From Verrucomicrobiota bacterium (GTDB taxonomy: Bacteria; Verrucomicrobiota; Verrucomicrobiia; Opitutales; Coraliomargaritaceae): a DNA stretch of 64,000 nucleotides. A program made the translations under genes and the position numbers. Under the pieces are notes generated by a model. The model was not told the origin of the DNA. It worked only from the letters and a program-made list of their open reading frames with translations, and searched no databases. The stretch's first letter is position 1; each line of letters opens with the position of its first letter. The stretch is taken from positions 160,001 to 224,000 of the forward strand of contig JBCBZJ010000001.1 in NCBI GenBank assembly GCA_039815375.1, written 5' to 3'. Below are positions 1 to 9,818 of this stretch, piece after piece.

Positions 1-1218
1 CCTTTGATCCCGGGTGCGGACAAGAAGTTTGTTTAAACGATCGATTAGCGAAACGAAGATATCTGCTTTCGAATCCCGAGCTGCTTCGAGCAGAGCGGTG
101 TCGATAAATTCAAGGCTGAGGATATCTTCTTCACTCAACTCGCGGCTTTCCTGCGTCCCGGAGGATTGTCCTCCTCCGCTGTTCGAACTGTTGGAGCGGC
201 TTCTCAGGGAAGAAGACAAACGGTTTGAAACGGAGTTCGAACCTCCGCTTCCTCCCCCCTGGCCTTGCTCACCAATACCTTGTCCGCGGTCTGCGATAAT
301 ATCGAAACGATCCAGTCGCTGTTGTAAATCGTCGGATAGGAACTCCCCTGGCTCTTCGCTCTCATCGATGCGTTCAGAGAGTCTTACCCGATCACCAAAA
401 AGATCACGAATCGTCAGGGCAATATCTCTCGCATTGGGAAATCGCAGCGTGAATACCTTGCTACGCTCCTCTTGAAAATTGGTCGATCCTCGAGCGAATT
501 CTTCAACGGTTTGCAGGCGAGTGATATCAGATTCGCCAACTGAACTTGGATAGAGTTGATGGGTAAGGGTGAGCGTTTCAACAATCTCCTCAGTCGTTGC
601 ACTTGGGAGGAAGAGCGTAACATCTATCTCACGCGCTTGACTGGAAACGGCGATTCGATCCTTCGTCACGTAGGACAGAGCCTGGGCAGCCACGGCAAGA
701 GGGATTGCGTTGAATTCAACAAACGCGACTTCATCGTCCACACCAACATCTTGAAGCACTACACCTCTCCAGATGAGGTTTTCTCCTGTGCGGTTGTCGC
801 GCAGGGCAATCTTATTCGCATTGATCTGCTCTGCCGTGTAATCGAAATCCTTGGTCCGAATCGTCTGCCCTTCGACAGCAAGAAAGTATTCATCGCGAAA
901 ATTAAGGATGACGACTCCCGAGCCCATGGATGGATGTCTGGAGAAGACCATGCCTGAGATTCTCACATCAGCTTCGTTTCTCGCAGAGTTCTGTTCCGGT
1001 CCCGAACCGGCCGCACGACGAAGCGCGGCTACGGCGTCTGCGGTCTGTTGGTTCAGACTTGTTGGATCCGAGACGTTTTCCTGTGCGCCGAGTTGAAGAG
1101 ACGACAAACCGAAGCTAAGCAAAAGAGAAAGGCTGAGAAGACAGAGTTGAGTCATCCCTGAATATCTGGTGGTGCGACTCGTTCTGTTGAGCTGATGGAG
1201 TGAATACTGATTGTTCAT
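1..1218 (-). CDS. Secretin (GspD/PilQ family), N-terminal part; runs off the window start; absent from the ORF track
   Basis: Manual translation from ATG at 1218 is open for 406 codons to position 1. It shows a signal peptide (LCLLSLSLLLSFGLSSLQLGA), an N0-like segment (VAFVEFNAIPLAVAAQAL) and an N3-like segment KVFTLRFPNARDIALTIRDLF...IFVSLIDRLNKLLVR split by a Gly/Ser-rich loop. It lies directly downstream of the gspF/pilC gene. Confidence 0.85.
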   Translation of the reverse strand, partial: MNNQYSLHQLNRTSRTTRYSGMTQLCLLSLSLLLSFGLSSLQLGAQENVSDPTSLNQQTADAVAALRRAAGSGPEQNSARNEADVRISGMVFSRHPSMGSGVVILNFRDEYFLAVEGQTIRTKDFDYTAEQINANKIALRDNRTGENLIWRGVVLQDVGVDDEVAFVEFNAIPLAVAAQALSYVTKDRIAVSSQAREIDVTLFLPSATTEEIVETLTLTHQLYPSSVGESDITRLQTVEEFARGSTNFQEERSKVFTLRFPNARDIALTIRDLFGDRVRLSERIDESEEPGEFLSDDLQQRLDRFDIIADRGQGIGEQGQGGGSGGSNSVSNRLSSSLRSRSNSSNSGGGQSSGTQESRELSEEDILSLEFIDTALLEAARDSKADIFVSLIDRLNKLLVRTRDQR

Positions 1219-1231
1219 AGAAATAAAAGAG

Positions 1232-2461
1232 TTAGGCGGCGCCATAGAGCGCGAGGAAGAAGGCGAGGTAGACATAGAAAACGATGCCACCGGCAACGAG
1301 AATGACAGCGGGCACCATGACTGCACTTAGCTTTCCAATGAGGGCCTGCAGGCGCTCTTCATGGAAGTCGGCGACGTTGACCAACGTCTCTTCAAGATTT
1401 CCGGAGGATTCGCCGACACCTACCATTTTGATCATCATCGGTGTGTAGGCATTACCTCTTCCAAGGCTCTCGGCGAGTGTTCCACCCTCCAGCACCCGGT
1501 TGCGGGCGGAGTCGACCACTGCGGCAAAGTAACGGTTTCCATGTATCGTCGAGAGGATTCTTAAGCCCTCAACAAGGCGGATGCCACTTTCCAGCAAAGT
1601 TGCCAGAGCACGGGCGAATAGAGCCGTTCCTCCACTCCTCAGAATTGTTCCAACAAGCGGCACACGGATCAAAAACCGGTCTATAGCCAGGCGGCCAGGG
1701 GGCCAAAATAAGGCAAAAATGAAGGTCATCATCAAAATTGCCAGGACCGCTGCAATTCCAGGGCCGTAGGTTACAATAAAGTTTGATAGATCGAGCAAAG
1801 ACTGAGTCAGCGGTGGAAGCGGGCGACCGAGTGCCTCAAGCGCCTCTCGTAGTAACGGGATGACGTAAACAACCATGTAGGCGCTGAGTCCGAATGCGAA
1901 GAGCACAACCACTGAGGGATAGGCCAGTGCCGACAAAATGGCGTTTCGGTTCTTCCGAAATCGTTCCATCGACTCGGCGGAGCGCCGCATTACTACATCG
2001 AGGTTACCACTTTCTTCCCCGAGTCCGATCATTGAGACAACCGATTTTGGAAAGATCCTGTGCTCATCGATTGCGTCTGCAAGCGAGCTGCCACTCTCCA
2101 CTCGTTCGCGGATTTTGATATACAATCTACGAGTCGCTTTAGATGGCGGCATTTCAATAACGGTCTCGATTGCCGCCAGAAGGCTCAGTCCACTCTTGAT
2201 CATGATCGAGAGCTGTCTGAGCGTTAACTCGATATGGATCGACTTGGCACGACCGAAATTCTCCGGGTTGAATATTTTGGAGACAAAGTCCTTCTCCGCG
2301 CTCAGGGCGTCGCGCTGTGCCGCGGTGGCTTGCTGCAGCTGTTCAGGAATCATTCCCTGCTCCGTAAGCATCCACCGAGCGGCACTGATGCTTTCCGCCT
2401 GGATGATCCCCTGGCGCCGTTCTCCGTTCTGGAGTCGGGAAGTGTAGAAGAAATCGCTCAT
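1232..2461 (-). CDS. pilC: Type II secretion/type IV pilus inner-membrane platform protein (GspF/PilC)
   Basis: Two T2SSF repeats (RQLSIMIKSGLSL...GEESGNL; LATLLESGI...GESSGNL), YP motif before the TM helix, 409 aa. Confidence 0.93.
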   Translation of the reverse strand: MSDFFYTSRLQNGERRQGIIQAESISAARWMLTEQGMIPEQLQQATAAQRDALSAEKDFVSKIFNPENFGRAKSIHIELTLRQLSIMIKSGLSLLAAIETVIEMPPSKATRRLYIKIRERVESGSSLADAIDEHRIFPKSVVSMIGLGEESGNLDVVMRRSAESMERFRKNRNAILSALAYPSVVVLFAFGLSAYMVVYVIPLLREALEALGRPLPPLTQSLLDLSNFIVTYGPGIAAVLAILMMTFIFALFWPPGRLAIDRFLIRVPLVGTILRSGGTALFARALATLLESGIRLVEGLRILSTIHGNRYFAAVVDSARNRVLEGGTLAESLGRGNAYTPMMIKMVGVGESSGNLEETLVNVADFHEERLQALIGKLSAVMVPAVILVAGGIVFYVYLAFFLALYGAA

Positions 2462-2462
2462 T

Positions 2463-4037
2463 CTATAGGAACTCTGAAGTTGCCCGAACCACTTCTTCTA
2501 CCGTAGTCTCACCACTCCGTATTCTGGCGAGACCGTTCGCAACCAGTGATAAGTTACCATCCGAGTCTCTTTTTTCGACAAGCATTTGCTCGATTGACTC
2601 GGCGCTTGACGCATCACCGATCAGTCGCGACTCGTCCATCCCAAACGGCAGTACTTCGAATAGACCGGATCTACCGATAAATCCTCGGCCGGCACAATGG
2701 ATACATTGTCCAGCGGTCCACGATGGCTCACCTTCCATTTCTGGACGGCGCAGCAACATGGCCTCTTGCTCAGTAATACTGCCCTTTATCCGACATTTTG
2801 GGCACAGCACGCGGACGAGCCTCTGTGCGGCCACCAATCGTAAGACACTTGCGATGAGAAAGCGATCTACGCCGAGGTCGAGCAATCGAGTGATCGCACC
2901 GGCCGCAGTGTTCGTATGAAGGGTGCTGAGAACAAGGTGACCCGTAAGTGCAGCTCGAACTGCCAGTTCAGCTGTTTCGCGGTCGCGAATCTCACCAAGC
3001 ATGACCACGTCAGGGTCATGCCGCAGTATACTTCTGAGAGACGAGGCGAAAGAGACCTTCTCGCGTCGTGCATCGACTTCGGTTTGGGTCGCACCGTCGA
3101 TCTCGTATTCGATAGGGTCCTCAACGGTCATCACGTTCGCAGTGGTTTGCCCTAAAAGATGCTGAATCGCGGCATAGAGTGTGGTGCTCTTACCACTACC
3201 GGTTGGACCCGTGATAAGAATCATTCCATGGGGCAGATTTACCGCGCGTGAAAACTGCTTACGGTGCTCTTCGGTGAAGCCGAGGCTGTCGAGCGTCAGG
3301 TCAGAATTTTCCGACATTAAGATACGGAGTGTGATTCGCTCGCCATGCCTTGCCGGAATCGTAGCCATACGGATTTCGGCTCGCGGGAGCACCCCTCCGG
3401 GGTCAAATGCGAAAGAGCCATCTTGAGAAGCGCGTTTCTCTGAGATATCCAAGCCACCCAAGACCTTGAGGCGGTTAAACAATGGCAATCTAAGGTTGGC
3501 CGGCAGCGTTAGATCGTCGGATAAAACCCCGTCGATGCGCAGTCGCACCTGGACTTCCCCGTCTCGCAGTACATTAAAGTGCAGGTCTGAAGCCCTTCGT
3601 ATCAGTCCGGTTTTCAGAAGCTGGTCACATATTGTAGTGGCTTCCTCGGAGTTGCCATCGCGCGTATCAACCCGGGTTGCCGAAGCGTCAATTACCGGTC
3701 TATCCTGAGTGCTTGCGTTGCGAAGATTTCCGAAGAGCCGAGTTTGCAGAGAGCGGATCGACTCGACTGTCGCCACAACCGGAACAGGTTTTAGTCCTGT
3801 GATCCTTTGAAGTAGCTTTGCAGACGCCGGATCGAGAGCCTTATCGACGGCAACCTTGAGTTCGCCATCCAATTCGACCAACGGTAGGAGGCGTCTTCGA
3901 ATCATCAGGCTGGGGGGGATTTGAAGTGCCCAGCGTGGATCGAATTTGATTTCTTCCAGATCCAAAGCTTCCGTCTCATCGAGGACCGCGCTTCGAGGGG
4001 CACTTTGACTGGCGCTATCTGGTTTTTGAATGGGCAT
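2463..4037 (-). CDS. pilB: Pilus assembly ATPase (GspE/PilB)
   Basis: ASDLH, RLRIDG, Walker A GPTGSGKST, TVEDPIEY, LRHDPD, GEIRD, TGHLVLSTLH, tetracysteine CPKC/CIHC. Confidence 0.93.
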   Translation of the reverse strand: MPIQKPDSASQSAPRSAVLDETEALDLEEIKFDPRWALQIPPSLMIRRRLLPLVELDGELKVAVDKALDPASAKLLQRITGLKPVPVVATVESIRSLQTRLFGNLRNASTQDRPVIDASATRVDTRDGNSEEATTICDQLLKTGLIRRASDLHFNVLRDGEVQVRLRIDGVLSDDLTLPANLRLPLFNRLKVLGGLDISEKRASQDGSFAFDPGGVLPRAEIRMATIPARHGERITLRILMSENSDLTLDSLGFTEEHRKQFSRAVNLPHGMILITGPTGSGKSTTLYAAIQHLLGQTTANVMTVEDPIEYEIDGATQTEVDARREKVSFASSLRSILRHDPDVVMLGEIRDRETAELAVRAALTGHLVLSTLHTNTAAGAITRLLDLGVDRFLIASVLRLVAAQRLVRVLCPKCRIKGSITEQEAMLLRRPEMEGEPSWTAGQCIHCAGRGFIGRSGLFEVLPFGMDESRLIGDASSAESIEQMLVEKRDSDGNLSLVANGLARIRSGETTVEEVVRATSEFL

Positions 4038-4079
4038 CGGTTAACTGGATTTTTTATACAATGGAAGGTCCCGAAGCTT

Positions 4080-5231
4080 TTAGATCGATCGCGCAAGTGG
4101 GCGTAGTTCTCGAGTGAGACGTTGCTCAAGTATTTTTGGATTCTTGGTGCAAGCGAGGGCCGTTGAGCGTTGTAACAAGCCCTGTTGCACCCAATCGACA
4201 AGGCATTGTTCGAGGGTCTGCATGCCGTATTTTGCCCCGGTCTCCATGAAGGAGTAGAGGTTTTGGAACTGCCCTCGGGCGATCAGATTGGCAGCAGCAG
4301 GAGTGACTTGCAGGATCTCACTCAAGGCGACTCGCGGTCGCTTGAACCGACCACGAGCCGGTTTCTCTGCTCGCGGTCCATCGGAAGGCACGAGGTGCTG
4401 GGTCAAGACGCCGCGCAGATTCATGCTCAACTGGCGGAGAATGCCTGGCTGCTCATCTGCAGGGAAGACTGAAGCCAGACGCTGGATCGCTCCTGCACAG
4501 TCCGGAGCATGGACCGTAGTAAAGACAAGGTGACCTGTTTCTGCGGCAGTCAGGGCGGTCCGGATCGTTTCACGCTCCCGAACCTCACCGACGAGTATGA
4601 CATCCGGGTCTTGCCGTAGACTCGAGATCAATGCTTCGTGGAAGTTGGATGCATGGGTTCCAATCTGGCGCTGATCGATTCGTGATTTCTGCGAAAGGTG
4701 GAGATATTCAACAGGGTCTTCGATTGTGATGATGTGTGCCGCACGCTCGCGATTGATTTTATCCAATAGGGTCGCGAGTGTTGTGCTTTTGCCGGAACCT
4801 GTTGGTCCGGCTACGACAACGAGTCCATCTGTAAGTTGACACCAGTTTTCCAGAGAGCCGGGAAGACCAAGTTCCTCGAGACTTCGAAAACGGTCGTCCA
4901 GCTTACGAATAGCGATCGAGAGGCCGGGTAAACGCTTGTAGATATTGAAGCGAAAACGCCCATCCTCAGAGAGGCTTATTGCGCCGTCAAGAGAGCCTGT
5001 TTCAGGAATAACGCCACATGCCTCTGTCGCAGTCAGCTCCTCAACAAGCATACCAAGCTGATCCCCGGATAAAGGCTGCGGAAAGCGCTCCACCGTGGAC
5101 AGCACCCCATCAATGCGGAAAAGCGGTGCGTGCTCGGGAGCAAGGTGCAGGTCCGATCCTGCTACATCAATCAATGTCTGGAGGAGCCCTTCCAGACTGG
5201 GTTGCTTCAAGCTGTATGGAGTATTATCCAT
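4080..5231 (-). CDS. pilT: Retraction ATPase PilT/PilU family
   Basis: GSDLHL, GPTGSGKSTT, IITIEDPVEY, LRQDPDVILVGE, AAETGHLV, AIRNLIRE-like AAANLIAR, GMQT; no tetracysteine motif. Confidence 0.9.
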   Translation of the reverse strand: MDNTPYSLKQPSLEGLLQTLIDVAGSDLHLAPEHAPLFRIDGVLSTVERFPQPLSGDQLGMLVEELTATEACGVIPETGSLDGAISLSEDGRFRFNIYKRLPGLSIAIRKLDDRFRSLEELGLPGSLENWCQLTDGLVVVAGPTGSGKSTTLATLLDKINRERAAHIITIEDPVEYLHLSQKSRIDQRQIGTHASNFHEALISSLRQDPDVILVGEVRERETIRTALTAAETGHLVFTTVHAPDCAGAIQRLASVFPADEQPGILRQLSMNLRGVLTQHLVPSDGPRAEKPARGRFKRPRVALSEILQVTPAAANLIARGQFQNLYSFMETGAKYGMQTLEQCLVDWVQQGLLQRSTALACTKNPKILEQRLTRELRPLARSI

Positions 5232-5797
5232 TATCTGTAAATCCAGAGGTTCCAGAGCCGAAGGTCCGTTTTTATTTCGTAGCGCGCAGTCATGTTCACT
5301 GCAATGGGTGCAAGAGGGAGTTCCGTGCCGCCGAGCTCATCGAGAAAAGCAGTGACGCTTGAATAATCGGCTGCGAGCTCAACTTCCCAGAGTTTCCCAC
5401 CTCGGCTTCTTTTGAGGATTTTATTAAAGCTTCGGACATCCCCGGCCGCGGCGGGCGTCTCACTGATCACGATGATTCCGTGCTTCTGCAACAGCGTTTC
5501 AAAAAAAGCTTCGATCTTTAAGGATACCTCAGGCGAGTTACCTCCAGTGGGGGCCTCACCGCTCGATTGTGCCTCCTGTAAGACAGCTAGTTCAGACTTA
5601 AGGGTGGAGAGTTCACGGCGCACTGCGAACAGTTTGGCATTTTCCGGAAGGCGTCCTTCTAAAACTCCGGCTTGCCGGCTCAATTCATCGATTGATTCAA
5701 ACCTTGGCTTTGCTAAAAAGAAAATATGAATGAAGAAGAGAATCGCTGTAGGTAGCGCCATCAACATGATACGATCTCGTTTACTCATCTTGTTCAT
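5231..5797 (-). CDS. PilO/GspM-like alignment protein
   Basis: MSKRDR plus a single TM helix, coiled coil, and a ferredoxin-like C-terminus (VELAADYSSVTAFLDEL); operon position. Confidence 0.7.
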   Translation of the reverse strand: MNKMSKRDRIMLMALPTAILFFIHIFFLAKPRFESIDELSRQAGVLEGRLPENAKLFAVRRELSTLKSELAVLQEAQSSGEAPTGGNSPEVSLKIEAFFETLLQKHGIIVISETPAAAGDVRSFNKILKRSRGGKLWEVELAADYSSVTAFLDELGGTELPLAPIAVNMTARYEIKTDLRLWNLWIYR

Positions 5798-7197
5798 TGC
5801 GAAGCCCCCCTTCTAGTTACTGCCAGCGGAGCACCCGATTCTTTCATAGGTGTGAGATCAATCGTGAATGTCCACGGTCCGCCATTATCGTTGACAAAAG
5901 ATGCTTCCCGCCCGGTTAGCGTTGCCCACCATCCTGATTTGGAAAAGTCTCCATTCAGTTGCCGAACATACTCGGCCGGCGCTTGCGCCGTCGAAGCGAC
6001 CCCTGAGATCGATATGATAGATTCTTTACTTTGAATGCTTTGGATAACCACTTCCTGATTAGATGCATTTGCTATTGCAGGTAGAAGCGTCGCCATTCGT
6101 TCTTTATGGGTGCTCAAATCGAATGATTCGTCGACGGTGCCCTCTCGAAGGCGCGCTAGCTGGCGCTCCAATTGTTGAATTTGGTTCCTTCCATCACGGA
6201 CTTCATTGACTGATTGGCGCATTGAGGTGACATCTTCCTGCAGTTGATTGCGAGTCGAGTTCAGGTAGGACAGATGGCCCGCAATCAAAATGACGGTAAG
6301 TGCGGTGATTCCTGCCACTCGTAACCCGAGCTGCTTATTCGTCATTTCAGGCTTCGGGATGCCCAGTCGAGGGATCTTCTCGAGTTTTTTACTCAGTGGA
6401 TCGAGCCCTTTTGCTACTTCTTGAGCCCATTTGAGGCGCCCTGCATCGCTATCCAGTCGAATTTGAGCCACATCTCGAAACACATTTGGAGCAGAACCTT
6501 CCGAGGCGACGATAACGAGCTCATCCCGTTCATATGATTCAATTACAGCGGGATCCGAGAAGGCAGCTTCCTCATTCTCAGTCCAGCCTCGCACATTACG
6601 GCGCTCTGAGGAACTCGCTTCGTAGACGATAAAGCGCGGCCATATCTCGAGTTGTGCAGGCGAGTCCACCGGGATTCCTGCAGGATGAAAAATTGCAGCA
6701 AGGTGGCATCCACCAACAGCGTTCACTGCATTTCGCCAAATCATCAGCTGAGAGAAAGACGATTGAGCGACCCATGCGCGGAGCATTCCCTCCTGCCCAG
6801 GCAGTGGCTTCCAGGTCCATTGGGATTCCTCAACCCCGAGCCCAGTCAGTGCCTCAAGCTCGAGAGCGATTGCCTCGTCTTTCGATTCGTCTCCAAGAAA
6901 AGGAATTTCAAGAACAGCGGAGCTTACCTGAACGCTAAGTAATTTGATTTCCCGAGCGGGTCGCGGCTTCGTCTGAAGAAGTCGCGTGATCCAAGCGCCG
7001 TCGTCCTCTGCAAGTGAATCCCCGTAGATATCATCGAAGGAATCGATTTCTGCACTATCGGTAGAGGCTTCTTTATCGTTGATGACACGAATAACGTCGA
7101 AGCCTCCGGTGCTTTGCGCGAGATCAATGCGAAAGCATGTTGAGCCGGTATCGATCAGAACTGTTTTAGACGGGCGTTTGGAAAGTGATTCGAGCAT
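5794..7197 (-). CDS. PilM-PilN fusion / GspL-like protein
   Basis: Large cytoplasmic N-terminal region, TM helix (LRVAGITALTVILIAGHL), coiled coil, PilN-like C-terminus (VVIQSIQ...ISISGVA...WTFTIDL). Confidence 0.65.
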   Translation of the reverse strand: MLESLSKRPSKTVLIDTGSTCFRIDLAQSTGGFDVIRVINDKEASTDSAEIDSFDDIYGDSLAEDDGAWITRLLQTKPRPAREIKLLSVQVSSAVLEIPFLGDESKDEAIALELEALTGLGVEESQWTWKPLPGQEGMLRAWVAQSSFSQLMIWRNAVNAVGGCHLAAIFHPAGIPVDSPAQLEIWPRFIVYEASSSERRNVRGWTENEEAAFSDPAVIESYERDELVIVASEGSAPNVFRDVAQIRLDSDAGRLKWAQEVAKGLDPLSKKLEKIPRLGIPKPEMTNKQLGLRVAGITALTVILIAGHLSYLNSTRNQLQEDVTSMRQSVNEVRDGRNQIQQLERQLARLREGTVDESFDLSTHKERMATLLPAIANASNQEVVIQSIQSKESIISISGVASTAQAPAEYVRQLNGDFSKSGWWATLTGREASFVNDNGGPWTFTIDLTPMKESGAPLAVTRRGASQ

Positions 7198-7198
7198 G

Positions 7199-8218
7199 TC
7201 AAAAGTTTCTTAGAGTCAGAGTTACCGGGTCTGTCCGACCCTCAAGCGTAACGTTTGTCGCCGGAGAAATACGCTCTGTCGCAGTAGCCGATACTGCAGT
7301 CAAGTCTTCTTCATTTCCCGGAACGGGGCCGTCAATTTGGTAGGCACGAAAAACCTTAGGTCCGAAAGGTAAATCTGCGAGCGTTAGCGTCACCGAAATG
7401 ACAGAGGAGGGCGTTCCCGGGTTATCGACCGGATCGTCGAATTCGAACTTTGCTTGCTGAATTGTAACAACTCCTCCCGTTCCGTCTGCTGCATAGCTTG
7501 GCCCGTAGACGCGGGCGAGGAGTACGTTTCCTCTCCCGTCACTGAAATTCTGCGAATTCGGTCGGACTAGAGTCACAACGATATCCTCAGTCGAACTCTG
7601 CTCGGACGCAGATAGTCCAGCTAAGACCGCATTCGAATCTGCTTCAAACACTGCAGCCGTATCGGCATTCACTCCGTCACCTCCAGTCATCTGATCGACT
7701 CCCAGGCTCTGAATGATGGCGATCGTTTCGCCGTCTGCGGATGGATCACCGTCGGCTTCAAAAAAGAGAAAATCCTTTCCGTAACCGTCGACCAGCTCGC
7801 TTTGACCAAATCCAAGATCAAGGTAAGGCCCGCGCCAACCGCCTCCCAGGCGGACTTCGCTGTCTCCTGGCGGTGTTTGAATAGAATATGAGGGGAGACT
7901 TTCAATCTTCCAAAGTTCGGAGGGCTGTAAAGGCATCATCGATCCGGGATCGACTGCAACAGGAAGGCGCCCGATATCACCGATGAAGCCTGTTATGCTA
8001 TTTTCGCCGAGAACTGCCGATTCAATCGATTCAATCTGCGTGAGGTTCGCTTCGAATCGGGTTTCTTCGGTGAGCTGCGCGACACTTCGAAGAGCGATGG
8101 TAGAAACGACCGCAAGGATAGTGAGCACCACGAGTAACTCCACGAGGGTTAGGCCGCTGCGGGAAAATTCAACCGCTAATGGACGCTGATAAATGCTGAT
8201 GTTACTTACAGTGGACAT
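7199..8218 (-). CDS. Prepilin-type protein with GspG-like core and C-terminal extension (start uncertain; ORF extends to 8299)
   Basis: SG|LTLVELLVVL class III signal; GspG-like GWRGPYL...DGYG...SLGVD motifs. Confidence 0.85.
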   Translation of the reverse strand: MSTVSNISIYQRPLAVEFSRSGLTLVELLVVLTILAVVSTIALRSVAQLTEETRFEANLTQIESIESAVLGENSITGFIGDIGRLPVAVDPGSMMPLQPSELWKIESLPSYSIQTPPGDSEVRLGGGWRGPYLDLGFGQSELVDGYGKDFLFFEADGDPSADGETIAIIQSLGVDQMTGGDGVNADTAAVFEADSNAVLAGLSASEQSSTEDIVVTLVRPNSQNFSDGRGNVLLARVYGPSYAADGTGGVVTIQQAKFEFDDPVDNPGTPSSVISVTLTLADLPFGPKVFRAYQIDGPVPGNEEDLTAVSATATERISPATNVTLEGRTDPVTLTLRNF

Positions 8219-8302
8219 TCTCAGCGTCTCGTGTGTTTGCGAAAAAATTGGGCGCTGAATTCTGAGTCGGTCCGTGTTCATTAGTGGTAAACTCAACAAG
8301 TG

Positions 8303-8935
8303 TTAGAGTCGTGGATCGACGGATCGAAGGAATCGCACGAGGTCGTCGCCACCAGCATCCATCGCATCATTCGGGTCCATCTCGAGGATACGGTTAGGCC
8401 CCGCAGAGACAAGGCGGGCATCGGTGGTGTCGGGCTCCTGTAAAACGATGGGTTTACCCCAGGCGTCGAGAACGGCCGGGTCATCTTCGATTCCGGTAAG
8501 GTCGGTGTTGTCGTCGAAACCATCACCCGATTCGATGAAGTTTCCATAACGGGCGATGTTCGAAATTAAGTAAGGTCCGTTCCAGCCGTTGCCGGTCGCT
8601 AAATTGAATGAAGGCTCGCCGTCTACATTTTCAAAGAGGCCCACGATGCGACTGGGGAGCGAAAGGGTGTGCGTGAAATAACCGGGATTCTCGGGATCAC
8701 CGAGCAGTGCTTTTTCCACTTCCCGGAAGCTGGCTCGCGTTGCGATCTCTTGTGCGGTGAGTGACTCGCCTGTTCCATCGGCAACTTTGATGCCGCTCGA
8801 AATCGTTGCGATCACAATACTACCGATAGCTCCAAGAATGCCCAGAACGACCAAAAGCTCCACTAGAGTGAAGCCTGGACGGGGCTGCGCATCTCGCGCA
8901 AAAAATCGTCGGTCGGTTCGCACTGCTTTGGACAA
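8303..8935 (-). CDS. GspG-like pseudopilin
   Basis: PG|FTLVELLVVL; GWNGPYL, DAWGKP and LVSAGPN motifs typical of GspG. Confidence 0.88.
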   Translation of the reverse strand: MSKAVRTDRRFFARDAQPRPGFTLVELLVVLGILGAIGSIVIATISSGIKVADGTGESLTAQEIATRASFREVEKALLGDPENPGYFTHTLSLPSRIVGLFENVDGEPSFNLATGNGWNGPYLISNIARYGNFIESGDGFDDNTDLTGIEDDPAVLDAWGKPIVLQEPDTTDARLVSAGPNRILEMDPNDAMDAGGDDLVRFLRSVDPRL

Positions 8936-8943
8936 GCCCGAGA

Positions 8944-9729
8944 TTAGAACGACTCGTAGAATCCGTCCAAATGATAATTGACTCCACGAAGCTGACTATC
9001 CTCTAGACCAGCAACAGTAGCCAGACGAACTGTTTCATCGTCGAAGATCGTGAAAATTACGACCCATCGAGCATATTGTGTCGTTGGATTCTCACCACCA
9101 CGCAAAAATTTAACCGGTGCATCAGCCATGGTTCGTCCGACCATGGAATTGTTCTGACCGAGACCGAATGCAGCGTAAGCCACAACCTCTCCAGAACCAC
9201 CGTTGACCTGACTCGCGGTCAATCCTAAGCGATCCTCTCCGTCATCAGTGAGAACGACGATCGTCGCGGGGAGCTCATTCACCTCGGGGTCCGTAATTCC
9301 GTCAAAGGTCTGGTTGACCGTAGTGTCGGCGAAATCAGTGTGCTGTAGAGATTCAATAATGCCCGCATTGAGTAACGCATTATCGATGATCGTTTCGTTT
9401 GCAGTGGATGGAGTCAGATCATCGAGTTCGTCAAGGTCGGGGTCGTCAGTTGCGCCTGCATCTGTCCCTGTTGGTAAAACGTCACCTCCCGCATCAATCA
9501 AGCTGTCCCAGCTATTTGGGTAGGCCCCTGTTTCGGTGCGGAATGTTTCAACAACCTTTACGACCTCACGCATGTTTGCCGAGCCGCTCGAACTGTTGGA
9601 AAGCTGGTTGGTATCTGGAAGAATTGGAATGATGATCGAAGCGACTGCTATGAGAATCGTAAGAACGACCAGCAATTCGACTAAAGTGAGCCCCTGACGT
9701 TTCGAGCGTGGTTTGTTTTTTCGGTTCAT
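8944..9729 (-). CDS. Type IV pilin-like protein (paralog of 9819-10628)
   Basis: ATG at 9729 gives MNRKNKPRSKRQG|LTLVELLVVL; the TTG start at 9768 in the ORF track lies inside a terminator hairpin. Confidence 0.88.
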   Translation of the reverse strand: MNRKNKPRSKRQGLTLVELLVVLTILIAVASIIIPILPDTNQLSNSSSGSANMREVVKVVETFRTETGAYPNSWDSLIDAGGDVLPTGTDAGATDDPDLDELDDLTPSTANETIIDNALLNAGIIESLQHTDFADTTVNQTFDGITDPEVNELPATIVVLTDDGEDRLGLTASQVNGGSGEVVAYAAFGLGQNNSMVGRTMADAPVKFLRGGENPTTQYARWVVIFTIFDDETVRLATVAGLEDSQLRGVNYHLDGFYESF

Positions 9730-9749
9730 AAGTCGGCTTTCTAAATGGG

Positions 9750-9782
9750 AAAAGACGCGTCGGGGCAATGCCCGACGCGTCT
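9750..9782 (-). terminator. Intrinsic terminator/attenuator after the first pilin gene
   Basis: 12-bp stem AGACGCGTCGGG (9753-9764) / CCCGACGCGTCT (9771-9782), followed by a short T-run on the minus strand. Confidence 0.75.
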
Positions 9783-9818
9783 AAACTCTGGAATATCTAT
9801 ACTTCCCTTAAGTAAGAA

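Noticed and set aside
150..300. Gly/Ser-coding low-complexity stretch as a DNA repeat
   Set aside because: It encodes the usual disordered loop inside the secretin N3 domain.
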